Counted from the first letter of the stretch, positions 44,775 to 53,721 are shown. The stretch: 64,000 nucleotides of DNA from Erythrobacter sp. ANT-B3C2 (GCA_001683845.1 LXQI01000011.1:13790-77789), one strand, 5' to 3'. Numbers and translations are program-made. The notes: generated by a model not told the origin, from the letters alone.

Positions 44775-45239
44775 ATGCGCTGCCCGTTCTGCGCGCATGA
44801 GGACAGCCAGGTAAAGGATTCGCGCCCCGCGGAGGACAGTTCCGCAATCCGTCGCCGGCGCCAGTGCGAGAGCTGCGGCGCGCGCTTCACCACCTTCGAA
44901 CGGGTACAACTGCGCGAGGTGTTCGTGGTGAAGAGCGGCGGCCGGCGCGAAGTATTCGACCGGGGCAAGATCGAGAAATCCGTCGCGCTCGCCTGCCGCA
45001 AGCGCGCAGTGGAGCAGGAGCGGATCGACCAGCTGGTCTCCGGTATCCAGCGCCAGGTGGAGACCGCGGGAGAGAGCGAGGTTGGCTCCGCCCGGATCGG
45101 CGCGATGGTCATGGAGGGGCTGCGGCAAATCGATTCGGTCGCCTACATCCGCTTCGCCAGCGTCTATCGCGATTTCGGCGAGGCGCGCGACTTCGAGGAG
45201 TTCGCCAGCGCGGTGCGCGGGGTGGGAAGTGCGGAGTGA
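44775..45239 (+). CDS. nrdR: transcriptional repressor NrdR
   Basis: Zinc ribbon [17 protein letters not shown]...[17 protein letters not shown] plus an ATP-cone. Confidence 0.96.
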   Translation: MRCPFCAHEDSQVKDSRPAEDSSAIRRRRQCESCGARFTTFERVQLREVFVVKSGGRREVFDRGKIEKSVALACRKRAVEQERIDQLVSGIQRQVETAGESEVGSARIGAMVMEGLRQIDSVAYIRFASVYRDFGEARDFEEFASAVRGVGSAE

Positions 45240-45264
45240 GCGGGCAGCAGAAACGTTGGCCGAA

Positions 45265-45984
45265 ATGACCGCCCTGCCCCCGATCTTCGTCCTCGTTCGG
45301 CCGCAGCTGGGTGAGAATATCGGCAAGGCGGCGCGGGCGATGCTCAATTTTGGGCTCACCGAGCTGCGGCTGGTGGATCCGCGCGACGGCTGGCCCAACC
45401 CCTCCGCCGGCCCCGCCTCCGCGGGTGCCGATCTCGTGCTGGAGGGCGCGCGGGTGTTCGCCAGCACGGCCGAGGCAGTGGCCGAGTGCGCACATGTCTA
45501 CGCCACCACGGTGCGCAAGCGCGGCGTGAGCAAGCCCGTGCTCACGCCTGCGGAAGCGGCCGAAGCGATTGCTGTGCAGCCGGGGCGGAGCGCGATCCTG
45601 TTCGGGCCGGAGCGATCGGGGCTGCAAGCCAAGGATGTTGCATTGTCCCGCGCGATCGTGACGGTTCCGGTGAACCCGCAATTCGGTTCGCTCAACCTGG
45701 CGCAGGCGGTGGTCCTCATGGCCTATGAATGGGGGCGCTTGCAGGATCTGTCGCAGCCGACCGTCGAGCCGGTGTTGCCGCCTGCGCCGCAGGAAGAGCT
45801 GGAAGGGCTGATCGCGCATTTCGAGCAGATGCTGGAGCCCCGCGGCTATTTTCTGCCGCCGAGCCGAGCGGATGGAACACGGCGCACCTTGCGCTCCATG
45901 CTCACCAAGCCCGGTTGGAACCATCTGGAGGTGCGCACCTGGCGCGGCATCCTCTCAACGCTGGAACGCAGGCGCGGGAATTAG
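45265..45984 (+). CDS. SpoU/TrmH-family RNA 2'-O-methyltransferase (TrmJ-like)
   Basis: 239 aa from the ATG at 45265, with LVRPQLGENIGKAARAMLNFG, LFGPERSGL and GSLNLAQAVVLMAYEW. Confidence 0.85.
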   Translation: MTALPPIFVLVRPQLGENIGKAARAMLNFGLTELRLVDPRDGWPNPSAGPASAGADLVLEGARVFASTAEAVAECAHVYATTVRKRGVSKPVLTPAEAAEAIAVQPGRSAILFGPERSGLQAKDVALSRAIVTVPVNPQFGSLNLAQAVVLMAYEWGRLQDLSQPTVEPVLPPAPQEELEGLIAHFEQMLEPRGYFLPPSRADGTRRTLRSMLTKPGWNHLEVRTWRGILSTLERRRGN

Positions 45985-46307
45985 CCGCGCAGCCGGTCCC
46001 ATTCGGTAAGCTCATACGCGATCGAGGCCTCCACCAGATCGTCCCACAGCCCGGCGATCGCCTGCGGGGGCAGCCCCCGTGAAGCGGCATCGGCGCGGGC
46101 GGCTTCGATCACCTCGGCCTTGCGCGCCTCGTCGCGCACCTGTCCGCGGCTCTGCTTGATCCGCGCCGCCGCGGCCATGTAGGCAAAGCGCTGCTGCAGC
46201 AGGGCCATCATCGCCCGGTCGGTCGCGTCCACCCCATGGCGGACCTCCTGCATCGTGGTGCAATTTTCGGGTGGCGCGGCGGCCGAATGGTGCGGTTCGA
46301 TGGTCAT
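45981..46307 (-). CDS. chorismate mutase (AroQ class)
   Basis: 108 aa from the ATG at 46307. MQEVRHGVDATDRAMMALLQQRFAYMAAAARIK...VRDEARKAEV fits the CM_2 helix pattern. The upstream part of track ORF 45981..46598 is Arg/Pro-rich and unlikely to be coding. Confidence 0.75.
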   Translation of the reverse strand: MTIEPHHSAAAPPENCTTMQEVRHGVDATDRAMMALLQQRFAYMAAAARIKQSRGQVRDEARKAEVIEAARADAASRGLPPQAIAGLWDDLVEASIAYELTEWDRLRG

Positions 46308-46612
46308 CGGCGTGCCTCTGCCGATGCCAGGGCGCTTTGTCGAGCGGGCGCTGCGGCGCAGGCGGGCTGTGCCGACCGGGGTTCGGCGTAAGGGCCGGAG
46401 CCGCTGTTCACCGGGCGGACCGGGAGGCCGGCGCTTGACTTTGCGCGCCCATCCCGCCAATGGCGCCGCTCGCGATTGGCCCCGCACCCCGGTGAAGCGG
46501 TGGCCGCGCTCGAGGCTGCGCGTCAGCGCTCGAGCGGTGCGATACCGGGTCATAGCGCACCCAAGCCCCTCGAACCGTTCGAAGGGCAGCGCCCGCAAGT
46601 TGGAGACATTCG

Positions 46613-47227
46613 ATGTCGAAGCGCAACAGCGCCAAGCACAAGCTCGATCGCCGCATGGGCGAGAATATCTGGGGTCGGCCGAACAGCCCCGTCAACCGCC
46701 GCTCCTACGGCCCGGGCCAGCACGGCCAGCGCCGCAAGGGCAAGATGAGCGATTTCGGCCTGCAGCTGCGCGCCAAGCAGAAGCTGAAGGGCTATTACGG
46801 CGACGTCACCGAAAAGCAGTTCAAGCGCACTTACCAGGAGGCCGCCTCGATGAAGGGCGACACCGGGCAGAACCTGATCGGCCTGCTGGAGCAGCGGCTG
46901 GACATGGTGGTGTATCGCGCCAAGTTCGCACCGACGGTGTGGTCGGCCCGGCAGATCGTCAACCATGGCCACATTCGCGTGAACGGGGTAAAGTGCAACA
47001 TCGCGAGCCGCCGCGTGAAGGTGGGCGACGTGTTGAGCCTGGGCGACAAGGCCAAGGAAATGGCGCTGGTGATCGAGGCGCAAAGCCTGCCCGAGCGCGA
47101 CGTGCCCGAATATGTCGCCGCTGATGGCACCGAGAGCGTGACCTTCACGCGCGTGCCGACGCTGGATGAAGTGCCCTATCCAGTGACGATGGAGCCGAAC
47201 CTAGTGGTCGAGTTCTACTCGCGCTGA
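46613..47227 (+). CDS. rpsD: 30S ribosomal protein S4
   Basis: 204 aa with [23 protein letters not shown] and an S4 RNA-binding domain; GGAGA lies upstream. Confidence 0.97.
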   Translation: MSKRNSAKHKLDRRMGENIWGRPNSPVNRRSYGPGQHGQRRKGKMSDFGLQLRAKQKLKGYYGDVTEKQFKRTYQEAASMKGDTGQNLIGLLEQRLDMVVYRAKFAPTVWSARQIVNHGHIRVNGVKCNIASRRVKVGDVLSLGDKAKEMALVIEAQSLPERDVPEYVAADGTESVTFTRVPTLDEVPYPVTMEPNLVVEFYSR

Positions 47228-47369
47228 TTCACGTCAGGGCTTGAGCAAAAAGGGTGGCCCCTCGGGGTCGCCCTTTCTTGTCGCCTCGCGTGCCGATTGA
47301 GGAGCAGAGACGAAAACGGCGGTCGCGGCGCATTCGCCACGACCGCCGCTCGGGTGTTACGGGCTGGGT

Positions 47370-48308
47370 CTAGACCGTGCCGAACTCCTGACTCCGCGCC
47401 GGCTGGCCGCCGGAGCCGCCATCGCGCACCTGCTGGTCGGCCTTGTCAATCAGCTCGTCCTTCTTGTCGAGCGCCTGTTCGGCGACTTGATGGGCGGTAT
47501 CCTTCACCTGATCCCCGACCTGACGCGCCTTGCTTTGCGCCTGGTCGAGGGCCTGTGATCCCATCTTGCCGAACTGCTCCTCCTCGGTGCGGGTAACGGG
47601 CAGGAGGCTGCCGGCCACTGCGCCGACCAGCGCCGCTGCCAGCCCGCCGAGCAGCGGGCTTTCGCGATAGAGGCTGCCAGCCTTCGAGGCCATGCGCGAA
47701 GCACCATCGGACGCGTCTTGCGCCAGATTGCCGGCGCCCTGATAGGCATCGTGCGCCAGATTGCGGGCATATTCGGCGGCATCCTCGCGGCGCTGGCGCA
47801 TGCCGTCAGTCGCTTCATCCAGCCGCTGGCGGAAGCTGGTCTCGTCCTCGTCATGACGCGGCTCGACCATCAGGTAGCTGGCACGTGCATGATCACGCCG
47901 GCGCCGCCAGGCGTCCCAATCCTCCTCGGGGCGGTGCTCGAGCGTGCCCATGTGGCTCGCATAGCCGCGGTGGAAATCATGATCCGGATGAGCGCTGCTG
48001 CCCTTGGAACTGTCATCGCTGCTGCCGAGGAAGCCGGGCTTGAGCGATGAGGCGCGGGCGTCGCTGTCGCTGACCAGCCACAGGCCGCCAATCGCGATCA
48101 TGCCGAGGGCAATCGGATTGCGGCGCGCCTGATCGAGCAGGTAGCGCCCGTCAACGCCATTGGCGTCGCTCTTGTCGAGCAGCGTGTTCATGATGTTGCG
48201 AGGGGTCAACTGCTCCTCGAGCTTGTTGACGGTGTCGCTCATATCCTGCTGGGTCGTACGGATATCGCGCTCGATCTCGGCGGGATTGCGGGTGTCGTTA
48301 GCGTTCAT
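47370..48308 (-). CDS. DUF3618-like membrane stress protein
   Basis: 312 aa. N-terminus NPAEIERDIRTTQQDMSDTVNKLEEQL (DUF3618-like), TM PIALGMIAIGGLWLV, and a second anchor-like segment SPLLGGLAAALVGAVAGSLLP. Confidence 0.7.
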   Translation of the reverse strand: MNANDTRNPAEIERDIRTTQQDMSDTVNKLEEQLTPRNIMNTLLDKSDANGVDGRYLLDQARRNPIALGMIAIGGLWLVSDSDARASSLKPGFLGSSDDSSKGSSAHPDHDFHRGYASHMGTLEHRPEEDWDAWRRRRDHARASYLMVEPRHDEDETSFRQRLDEATDGMRQRREDAAEYARNLAHDAYQGAGNLAQDASDGASRMASKAGSLYRESPLLGGLAAALVGAVAGSLLPVTRTEEEQFGKMGSQALDQAQSKARQVGDQVKDTAHQVAEQALDKKDELIDKADQQVRDGGSGGQPARSQEFGTV

Positions 48309-48759
48309 TGGTGCCTCCGGGGCTCGTCATGTGGCCGGTCACTGCGGCGGGGGTGTCCTCGGCCGTGCGAATTGATCGCTCGGGCTTGAGGTTGGTGGCG
48401 GTCATTTTCTTGGTGGCGCTGGAATACATGATGTAGGCGACGATCGCTGCGATACCGCCCACGATCAGAACGCCAAGGCCATCGTTGTTGAGGGCGATGC
48501 CGAGCCATAGACCGAGGCCCATCAGCGTCACGCCGAGCGCGGCAATGGCAACCACCGCAGCGCTGACCAGTGCGGTAATGGCCTCCTTGAGATCCGTGAT
48601 GGATTCTCGCATCTCGGCCTGGACCAGGCTGACTTGTTCCTGCGCCAGATGCGCGCCCTGCTGGGTCAGGCGGCTGAGCAGATCGCCGAGACCCTCGCTG
48701 GGCTCGGCGGTCTCGGTTCGGACGACCCGCGGCCCTTCATGGAAGGTCTGGTCGTTCAT
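48298..48759 (-). CDS. YqjE-like / 'phage holin family' (holin-X, PF07332-like) two-TM membrane protein
   Basis: 153 aa starting MNDQ, like the 28868 paralogue. Two TM helices. Its ATG overlaps the upstream stop (ATGA). Confidence 0.7.
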   Translation of the reverse strand: MNDQTFHEGPRVVRTETAEPSEGLGDLLSRLTQQGAHLAQEQVSLVQAEMRESITDLKEAITALVSAAVVAIAALGVTLMGLGLWLGIALNNDGLGVLIVGGIAAIVAYIMYSSATKKMTATNLKPERSIRTAEDTPAAVTGHMTSPGGTNER

Positions 48760-49427
48760 CGGCCCGCCCCTCCGGTTTCGCCACTGCCGCCAACTGGTGT
48801 GGATCCAGCCGTCGTAGAGCCGGTCGAGCCTGCGCCGTAGCCGCTCGTGCCCACGCCTCCGGTACCACCATAGCCGCTGCCGGACGTGGAGCCGGCTTCC
48901 CTGGCGTAGCTGGTGCCGCCTGTGCTACCGGATCCGCTCATACCGCTTGATCCGGACTGGCCGCTCAGAGCTATCCGGCTGCCGGGCGCATTCGCACGGT
49001 CCGCATCATAGCGATGGTCGTACTTGTACTCGGCGCCGGCGCGAAAGAACCGCGCGGCGGCGAAGCCCGCCGCAGCCGAGGCGGCAAGGAAGGTCGTGGG
49101 GTGTTGGCGCGCATAGCGCGACAGGTCGCCGGCCAGTTGGTCGGCACTGCGGCCCTCCATGCTGCTTGCGAACTGCTCGATGCTGCTGGCGGTCTGCTTG
49201 AACGCAGCGCTGAGCCATTGCGGAGCATCGCCATCCTGTTCCATTTCCTTCGCCGCACGATCGAGCGCCGAGGCAGTGGACTTAGCCGCCCCGGTCGCCT
49301 GGTCCTTGCGGGTATCGGCTTCCTGCCGCGCGCGATCCGCAGCGGCATCGCCGAGGCGGCTCGCATCCTGCGACAATTCGTTCTTGATCGTCGAGGCGTC
49401 GGTCGCCGAAGTGTCTTGTGGCGTCAT
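48756..49427 (-). CDS. hypothetical DUF883-like membrane protein with Gly/Ser/Thr/Tyr-rich C-terminal tail
   Basis: 223 aa with GAAGGAGAG before the ATG. Helical N-domain, anchor motif YARQHPTTFLAASAAAGFAAARFF, then a low-complexity tail of about 70 aa (SGSSGMSGSGSTGGTSY...GYGGTGGVGTSGYGAGSTGS). Confidence 0.7.
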   Translation of the reverse strand: MTPQDTSATDASTIKNELSQDASRLGDAAADRARQEADTRKDQATGAAKSTASALDRAAKEMEQDGDAPQWLSAAFKQTASSIEQFASSMEGRSADQLAGDLSRYARQHPTTFLAASAAAGFAAARFFRAGAEYKYDHRYDADRANAPGSRIALSGQSGSSGMSGSGSTGGTSYAREAGSTSGSGYGGTGGVGTSGYGAGSTGSTTAGSTPVGGSGETGGAGR

Positions 49428-49514
49428 CCTGGCTCTCCTTCTGTAGATGTTACCCTACAGAAGCGTTCGGATGGGGGATGGTTTCCAAACTTACTTAGAT
49501 TGCACAGGCGATGG

Positions 49515-50645
49515 TTAGGCGGGCGCGGAATGGTATTCCGCGCGAAAGCCGCGCGCGAAAGCGGCGAATTGCTGCTTTGCTATTGCCCCGCGCACGGCCC
49601 CCATAAGTTCCTGATAAAACGCGAGATTGTGTTCGGTCAGCAGCATCGCGCCAAGGATTTCGCCCGAGCGGTGCAGATGATGCAGATAGGCGCGGCTGTA
49701 TTCTGCACAGACCGGGCAGCCGCAGCGCTCGTCGAGGGCGCCGATGTCTTCGGCGAAGCGTGCGTTTCGCAGGTTGAGCGGGCCGCTCCAGGTGAAGGCC
49801 TGGGCCGTGCGGCCCGAGCGGGTGGGCAACACGCAATCGAACATGTCCACCCCGCGCTCGACCGCGCCGACCAGATCGTCCGGCTTGCCGACGCCCATCA
49901 GATAACGCGGTGCGTCCGCCGGCAGCTGGGCAGGAGCGAAATCGAGAGTGGCGAACATGGCCGCCTGCCCCTCCCCCACCGCCAGCCCGCCGATCGCATA
50001 GCCATCGAAGCCGATCGCCCGCAGCGCCTGGGCCGACCGGGCGCGGAGCCCCTCGTTCAGTGCGCCCTGCTGGATGCCGAACAGCGCCGCAACGGAGGCA
50101 TGCTCGCCCCCGGCATCGAAGGCCGCTCGGCTGCGCCGGGCCCACCGCATCGAGAGCTCCATCGAAGCCTGGATCTCTGCCGGCGGACGGTCGGCACGGG
50201 GGCATTCGTCGAAGCACATCACGATGTCGGAGCCGAGCAGGCGCTGGATCTCCATCGAGCGTTCCGGGGTCAACAGATGCCTGGAGCCATCGAGATGGCT
50301 GCGGAACGAGACCCCCTCTTCGGTCAGCTTGCGCAGATCGGCGAGGCTCATCACCTGATAGCCGCCGCTGTCGGTGAGGATCGGGCGGGCCCAGTTCATG
50401 AACCGGTGAAGTCCGCCCAACCGTGCGACCCGTTCCGCGCCCGGGCGCAGCATGAGATGATAAGTGTTGCCCAGAATGATGTCCGCGCCCGCAGCCAACA
50501 CGTCCCGCGGCTTCATCGCCTTGACGGTGGCGGCGGTGCCCACGGGCATGAAGGCCGGCGTGCGGATCGAACCGCGGCGCATGGCGATATGGCCTGCACG
50601 CGCGCGGCCGTCGACCGCATCGATGGTAAAGGAGAAGCGGCTCAT
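49515..50645 (-). CDS. tgt: tRNA-guanine transglycosylase (queuine tRNA-ribosyltransferase)
   Basis: 376 aa from the ATG at 50645. Motifs [15 protein letters not shown] and DSGGYQ, and the zinc site [17 protein letters not shown]. Confidence 0.96.
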   Translation of the reverse strand: MSRFSFTIDAVDGRARAGHIAMRRGSIRTPAFMPVGTAATVKAMKPRDVLAAGADIILGNTYHLMLRPGAERVARLGGLHRFMNWARPILTDSGGYQVMSLADLRKLTEEGVSFRSHLDGSRHLLTPERSMEIQRLLGSDIVMCFDECPRADRPPAEIQASMELSMRWARRSRAAFDAGGEHASVAALFGIQQGALNEGLRARSAQALRAIGFDGYAIGGLAVGEGQAAMFATLDFAPAQLPADAPRYLMGVGKPDDLVGAVERGVDMFDCVLPTRSGRTAQAFTWSGPLNLRNARFAEDIGALDERCGCPVCAEYSRAYLHHLHRSGEILGAMLLTEHNLAFYQELMGAVRGAIAKQQFAAFARGFRAEYHSAPA

Positions 50646-51651
50646 CGGGCAGCTCGGTAGCGAACAGCCGCAGCTGCCCGATCGTGGGGCCACGTACGCC
50701 GGTCAAGCGAGCGAGCCGCAGTCCCGTTTCCACCCGCACGGGATGGAGCAGAGCATCGCCGAACTCGATGATCGCCTCTGCGCAGCGTTCGAGAAAGTGC
50801 GCCCGGCTCCTGGCATTCAGGGTCGAGAGGGGGGTGAAGGCCTGCGCCGCCAGCGCAGGCCCGTTCGCCCTCCGAACCGCTAGCCGCGCTCAATGGCGGT
50901 TCGAGCGCGACACCTGTAGCGGGACCGTAAGCCGTGAAACGCTCCTGCGTGCGCTCCCGCGCTAGGCGGCGGCTGAATATCTCTCCGGTCACTTCATGCC
51001 GACCCCCTCTCGCCGCGATTCAGACATTTGGCCCCAAAGCGCAAGGCGCAATGTGGGGGACGAGACCATCCCGCACCGGCGCGCACCAATGGCCTATGGC
51101 ACACCATCGATGAGAATTGCGCGGAGTCCGAGATGGGGGTTGATCACGCGATCGGTGGCGGCGGTCTCCGCTTTACTAAGCAGTTCCTGACAAGATGTTC
51201 GGGCTCGCTGAGGAATGTCCCGAATTTCGGAGACTGCCCGCATGCCCTAGCAGGACATATAGCGATGGGGCCGGATGGATGAGCGCAGTTTCTGGCCCAC
51301 GGTCGAATCTGGTTCAATCGTATCGGTGGAGTGACAGGTCCACTAGCCCGGTTTGCAGAAGGATCGCCTGCAGCAGGCAGCTCCCTCCCCGGCTCATCGA
51401 TCAAGAGTACTCCATCGTCTCTCGGGAGCCGTCTGCCATCAACTGACAGCGTCCGGAGTTCGCTTCGTCGCTTCCCGATTCCGCGGGCGCGCAATAGGTG
51501 TAATTATCGTTAATGCACCAGCAAGGGATCTGCCGAAGCGATTGATCCAACGCTGGAATGGACGCGCAAACTTCTCAAGGTTATGAAATAGGCACGGCGC
51601 GGAGAGCGTCGCCTGACGGGTGGGTCGGAGCTTACTAAGGGGGGCTCGTTT

Positions 51652-52422
51652 ATGCTGCTGGATTTGAGTAATCCGCCTATGCGCGGAGTGTACGGTCGCG
51701 CCAATCGTTTCGAGCCCTGCAAATCGGTTCTTTACCGGAGAAAAGGCCCTCACGGGGAGTTTACGATCAAGGTTGCCGAGTGTGACGATGATCGAGAGGC
51801 CGCCAAGGCAGTCGTCAATCGTCTTTATGGATGGCGCGGCTACGGCGAACATCACCAATTGGCCGAGCGGGCGAGTTGCACGACCTTCATTGCCTCCTTC
51901 AACAGCGAGGTGGTGGGCACTCTGACGCTCACCGTCGACTCGCCCAAGCGATTGAATGTCGACGAGACCTTTGTTGACGAGCTAATCCACATCCGATCCG
52001 ATCATGAAGCAAGTTTGTGCGAGCTGACGAAGTTCGCGTTCGATCCAACCGTCGGTTCCCAGCCCATGTTGGCCGCACTGTTCCATGTCATCTTCGCTTA
52101 CGGCACACAGATCTATGACTGCACCGATCTTCTGATCGAAGTGAACCCCCGCCACGTGCGTTTCTATGAGACCATGCTGGATTTCTCCCGCTTGGGCCCA
52201 TTGCGCACCAATGCATCCGTCAATGCGCCATCGCAGCTGCTTCAGCTGAGGGTTGCCGAAATCGAGCGGCGGATCGCGCTGTTCGCCGGTCGCGATCATG
52301 GAGGCCGTTCGCTCTACCCGCACTTTCTCGGCAAAGTGGAGGAGCGCGCGGTACGGCGACGGATCGAGAATGCGACCGGCAGGACCAGGCCGAGCCGACC
52401 CGCGATCAGACAGGCGGCTTGA
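51652..52422 (+). CDS. FeeM/NasY-type long-chain N-acyl amino acid synthase-like GNAT-fold protein (PEP-CTERM/exosortase-associated acyltransferase family, TIGR03694-like)
   Basis: 256 aa with AAGGGGGG 8 nt before the ATG. Layout FTIKVAE..REAAKAVVNRLYGWRGY, VGTLTLTVDS, CELTKFAFDP and LLIEVNPRHVRFYETMLDF matches my recollection of this family. G+C is in the mid-50s % in hand-counted stretches. Confidence 0.65.
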   Translation: MLLDLSNPPMRGVYGRANRFEPCKSVLYRRKGPHGEFTIKVAECDDDREAAKAVVNRLYGWRGYGEHHQLAERASCTTFIASFNSEVVGTLTLTVDSPKRLNVDETFVDELIHIRSDHEASLCELTKFAFDPTVGSQPMLAALFHVIFAYGTQIYDCTDLLIEVNPRHVRFYETMLDFSRLGPLRTNASVNAPSQLLQLRVAEIERRIALFAGRDHGGRSLYPHFLGKVEERAVRRRIENATGRTRPSRPAIRQAA

Positions 52423-52454
52423 GTTAGCTGCCGCATTGCCCTGTTCACAAGAAA

Positions 52455-52481
52455 GGGGGCAGCGGGATCGCCGCTGCCCCC
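52455..52481. terminator. bidirectional intrinsic terminator between convergent genes
   Basis: 11-bp perfect stem gggggcagcgg / ccgctgccccc with a 5-nt loop. It is flanked by aagaaa on one side and tcattct on the other, giving a T-rich run on both strands. Confidence 0.65.
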
Positions 52482-52503
52482 TCATTCTGGTGTGGAAAGC
52501 CGC

Positions 52504-53100
52504 TTAGGCGTAGCTTACCCGCATAGTATCCTGGCGACGGCGGCGCATCACGAAACCGACGGCACCGAAACCGAGAACCATCATCGCCCAAGTGGCAGGC
52601 TCAGGGATTGGGCTCACCGCCGGAGCGAAGGTCAGGTTTCCGCCATAGGAGCCCTGCCCGCGCGACAGATAGGTCACCGATAGGGTGTTCTGAACGTTCA
52701 TCATGATCGGCAAGTTGGCCAGACCGCCACTTTCCATAAACCCGAAGTTCGTCATCGTCGGCACGACAAACGTTCCACTACCGTTGCTGAACGTGACGTT
52801 CAGGAAATCGAGGTCGGTCGCACCACCGGTAAGGCCAGCAAGGATCGTGGTGATCGAACCGCTTCCGAGACCGGTCTGGGGAATGGTGAATAGGAAATTA
52901 TCGGTAAATTCGCCCATGCCGATACCCGCACGACCGAAGGTCGCCGAGATCGGGCCGTCGAAGATGTCATCGCTCTCGACGCTGAAGAAGGCGCCGGGCA
53001 CATTCGTCGGATTGTCGACGAAGATGTTGTTCTGGGCCTGGACTGCCGGGGCAGCGCAGACTGCGGCCGTTGCGGCAATAAGCTTAAGGAGTGATCTCAT
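52504..53100 (-). CDS. FxDxF-family PEP-CTERM (PEPxxWA-CTERM variant) sorting-domain protein
   Basis: 198 aa from the ATG at 53100. Signal peptide MRSLLKLIAATAAVCAAPAVQAQ and FTDNF (FxDxF) motif in GEFTDNFLFTIP. The C-terminus is PIPEPATWAMMVLGFGAVGFVMRRRR, that is PEPxxWA, a TM segment and an Arg cluster. Confidence 0.85.
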   Translation of the reverse strand: MRSLLKLIAATAAVCAAPAVQAQNNIFVDNPTNVPGAFFSVESDDIFDGPISATFGRAGIGMGEFTDNFLFTIPQTGLGSGSITTILAGLTGGATDLDFLNVTFSNGSGTFVVPTMTNFGFMESGGLANLPIMMNVQNTLSVTYLSRGQGSYGGNLTFAPAVSPIPEPATWAMMVLGFGAVGFVMRRRRQDTMRVSYA

Positions 53101-53438
53101 ATGAGTGACCTTCCGAGTCGGGGTTGAACCATCCAGAGGCTGGCTAGGCGATTGCACCTACAACCACAACAAGAAAACAGTAACTACCGTAGCAGCTTAA
53201 AGATGTGTCCCAAACGGGAACAATATCGGAATGGCCGGAACCGCTGGGGCTTCACCGAAGGAAAGCACGCGCCAGCTTCGTTCCCTGCCGGCGCGGAACT
53301 GCGGCAACATTCCGGCTGGTGATGCTGGATATGCGAGATCACACCACAAGCAACACTCCACAGACCGTGGCTTCTGGTATGGAACAAGCCGCGAAGAGCC
53401 TGCACGCTCATACTGGCCCCATGGTAAGCACACGAAAA

Positions 53439-53468
53439 GGGCGGCAGGATCAAGCCCTGCCGCCTTTT
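53439..53468. terminator. intrinsic terminator downstream of the 76-aa microprotein gene
   Basis: Stem ggcggcagg / cctgccgcc with a 7-nt loop. It is flanked by cgaaaag and ttttt, so there is a U-tract on either strand. Confidence 0.6.
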
Positions 53469-53490
53469 TCGTCAATCCTTAAAACCCGGG

Positions 53491-53721
53491 TTACGGGCTC
53501 GTCGGGAGGTCCTCGTCATTGTCAGCGAGGATCACGCCAATCACGCCGGCCGCAATCAGCAGCGCAACAATAATGCCGAAACCGCTGGAGCCGCCAAGCT
53601 CCTCGCTTTCGGCAATCGCCGAACCCATCCGCAACTCAGCCCCAGGAGCCGCGATTGCAGCAGTCGATCCGAAGATCAGCGCCGACGTCGCCGCGGCGAC
53701 GAACGCTTTACGAATAACCAT
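53491..53721 (-). CDS. secreted, C-tail-anchored microprotein (hypothetical)
   Basis: 76 aa from the ATG at 53721, after GGAAGGG. Signal peptide ...STAAIAAP, a short mature segment, TM GFGIIVALLIAAGVIGVIL, and an acidic tail DNDEDLPTSP. It has its own terminator. Confidence 0.5.
   Translation of the reverse strand: MVIRKAFVAAATSALIFGSTAAIAAPGAELRMGSAIAESEELGGSSGFGIIVALLIAAGVIGVILADNDEDLPTSP

Noticed and set aside
50642-50992. 116-aa minus-strand ORF immediately upstream of tgt, considered as queA
   Set aside because: It carries no QueA motifs in this frame and its product is Arg/Ala-rich. Only a faint C-terminal QueA-like string appears in a different frame, and that is reported as a low-confidence relic rather than a gene.
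51295-51335. tRNA-like T-loop strings (GGTCGAATC, TGGTTCAATC) that could mark an integration site
   Set aside because: The flanking bases do not form T-stem or acceptor-stem pairing, and no cloverleaf could be drawn.
53101-53200. Possible sigma-54 (GG-N10-GC) promoter upstream of the PEP-CTERM gene
   Set aside because: The best candidate on the minus strand (TGGTTGTAGGTGCAAT) has 8 nt rather than 10 nt between GG and GC.
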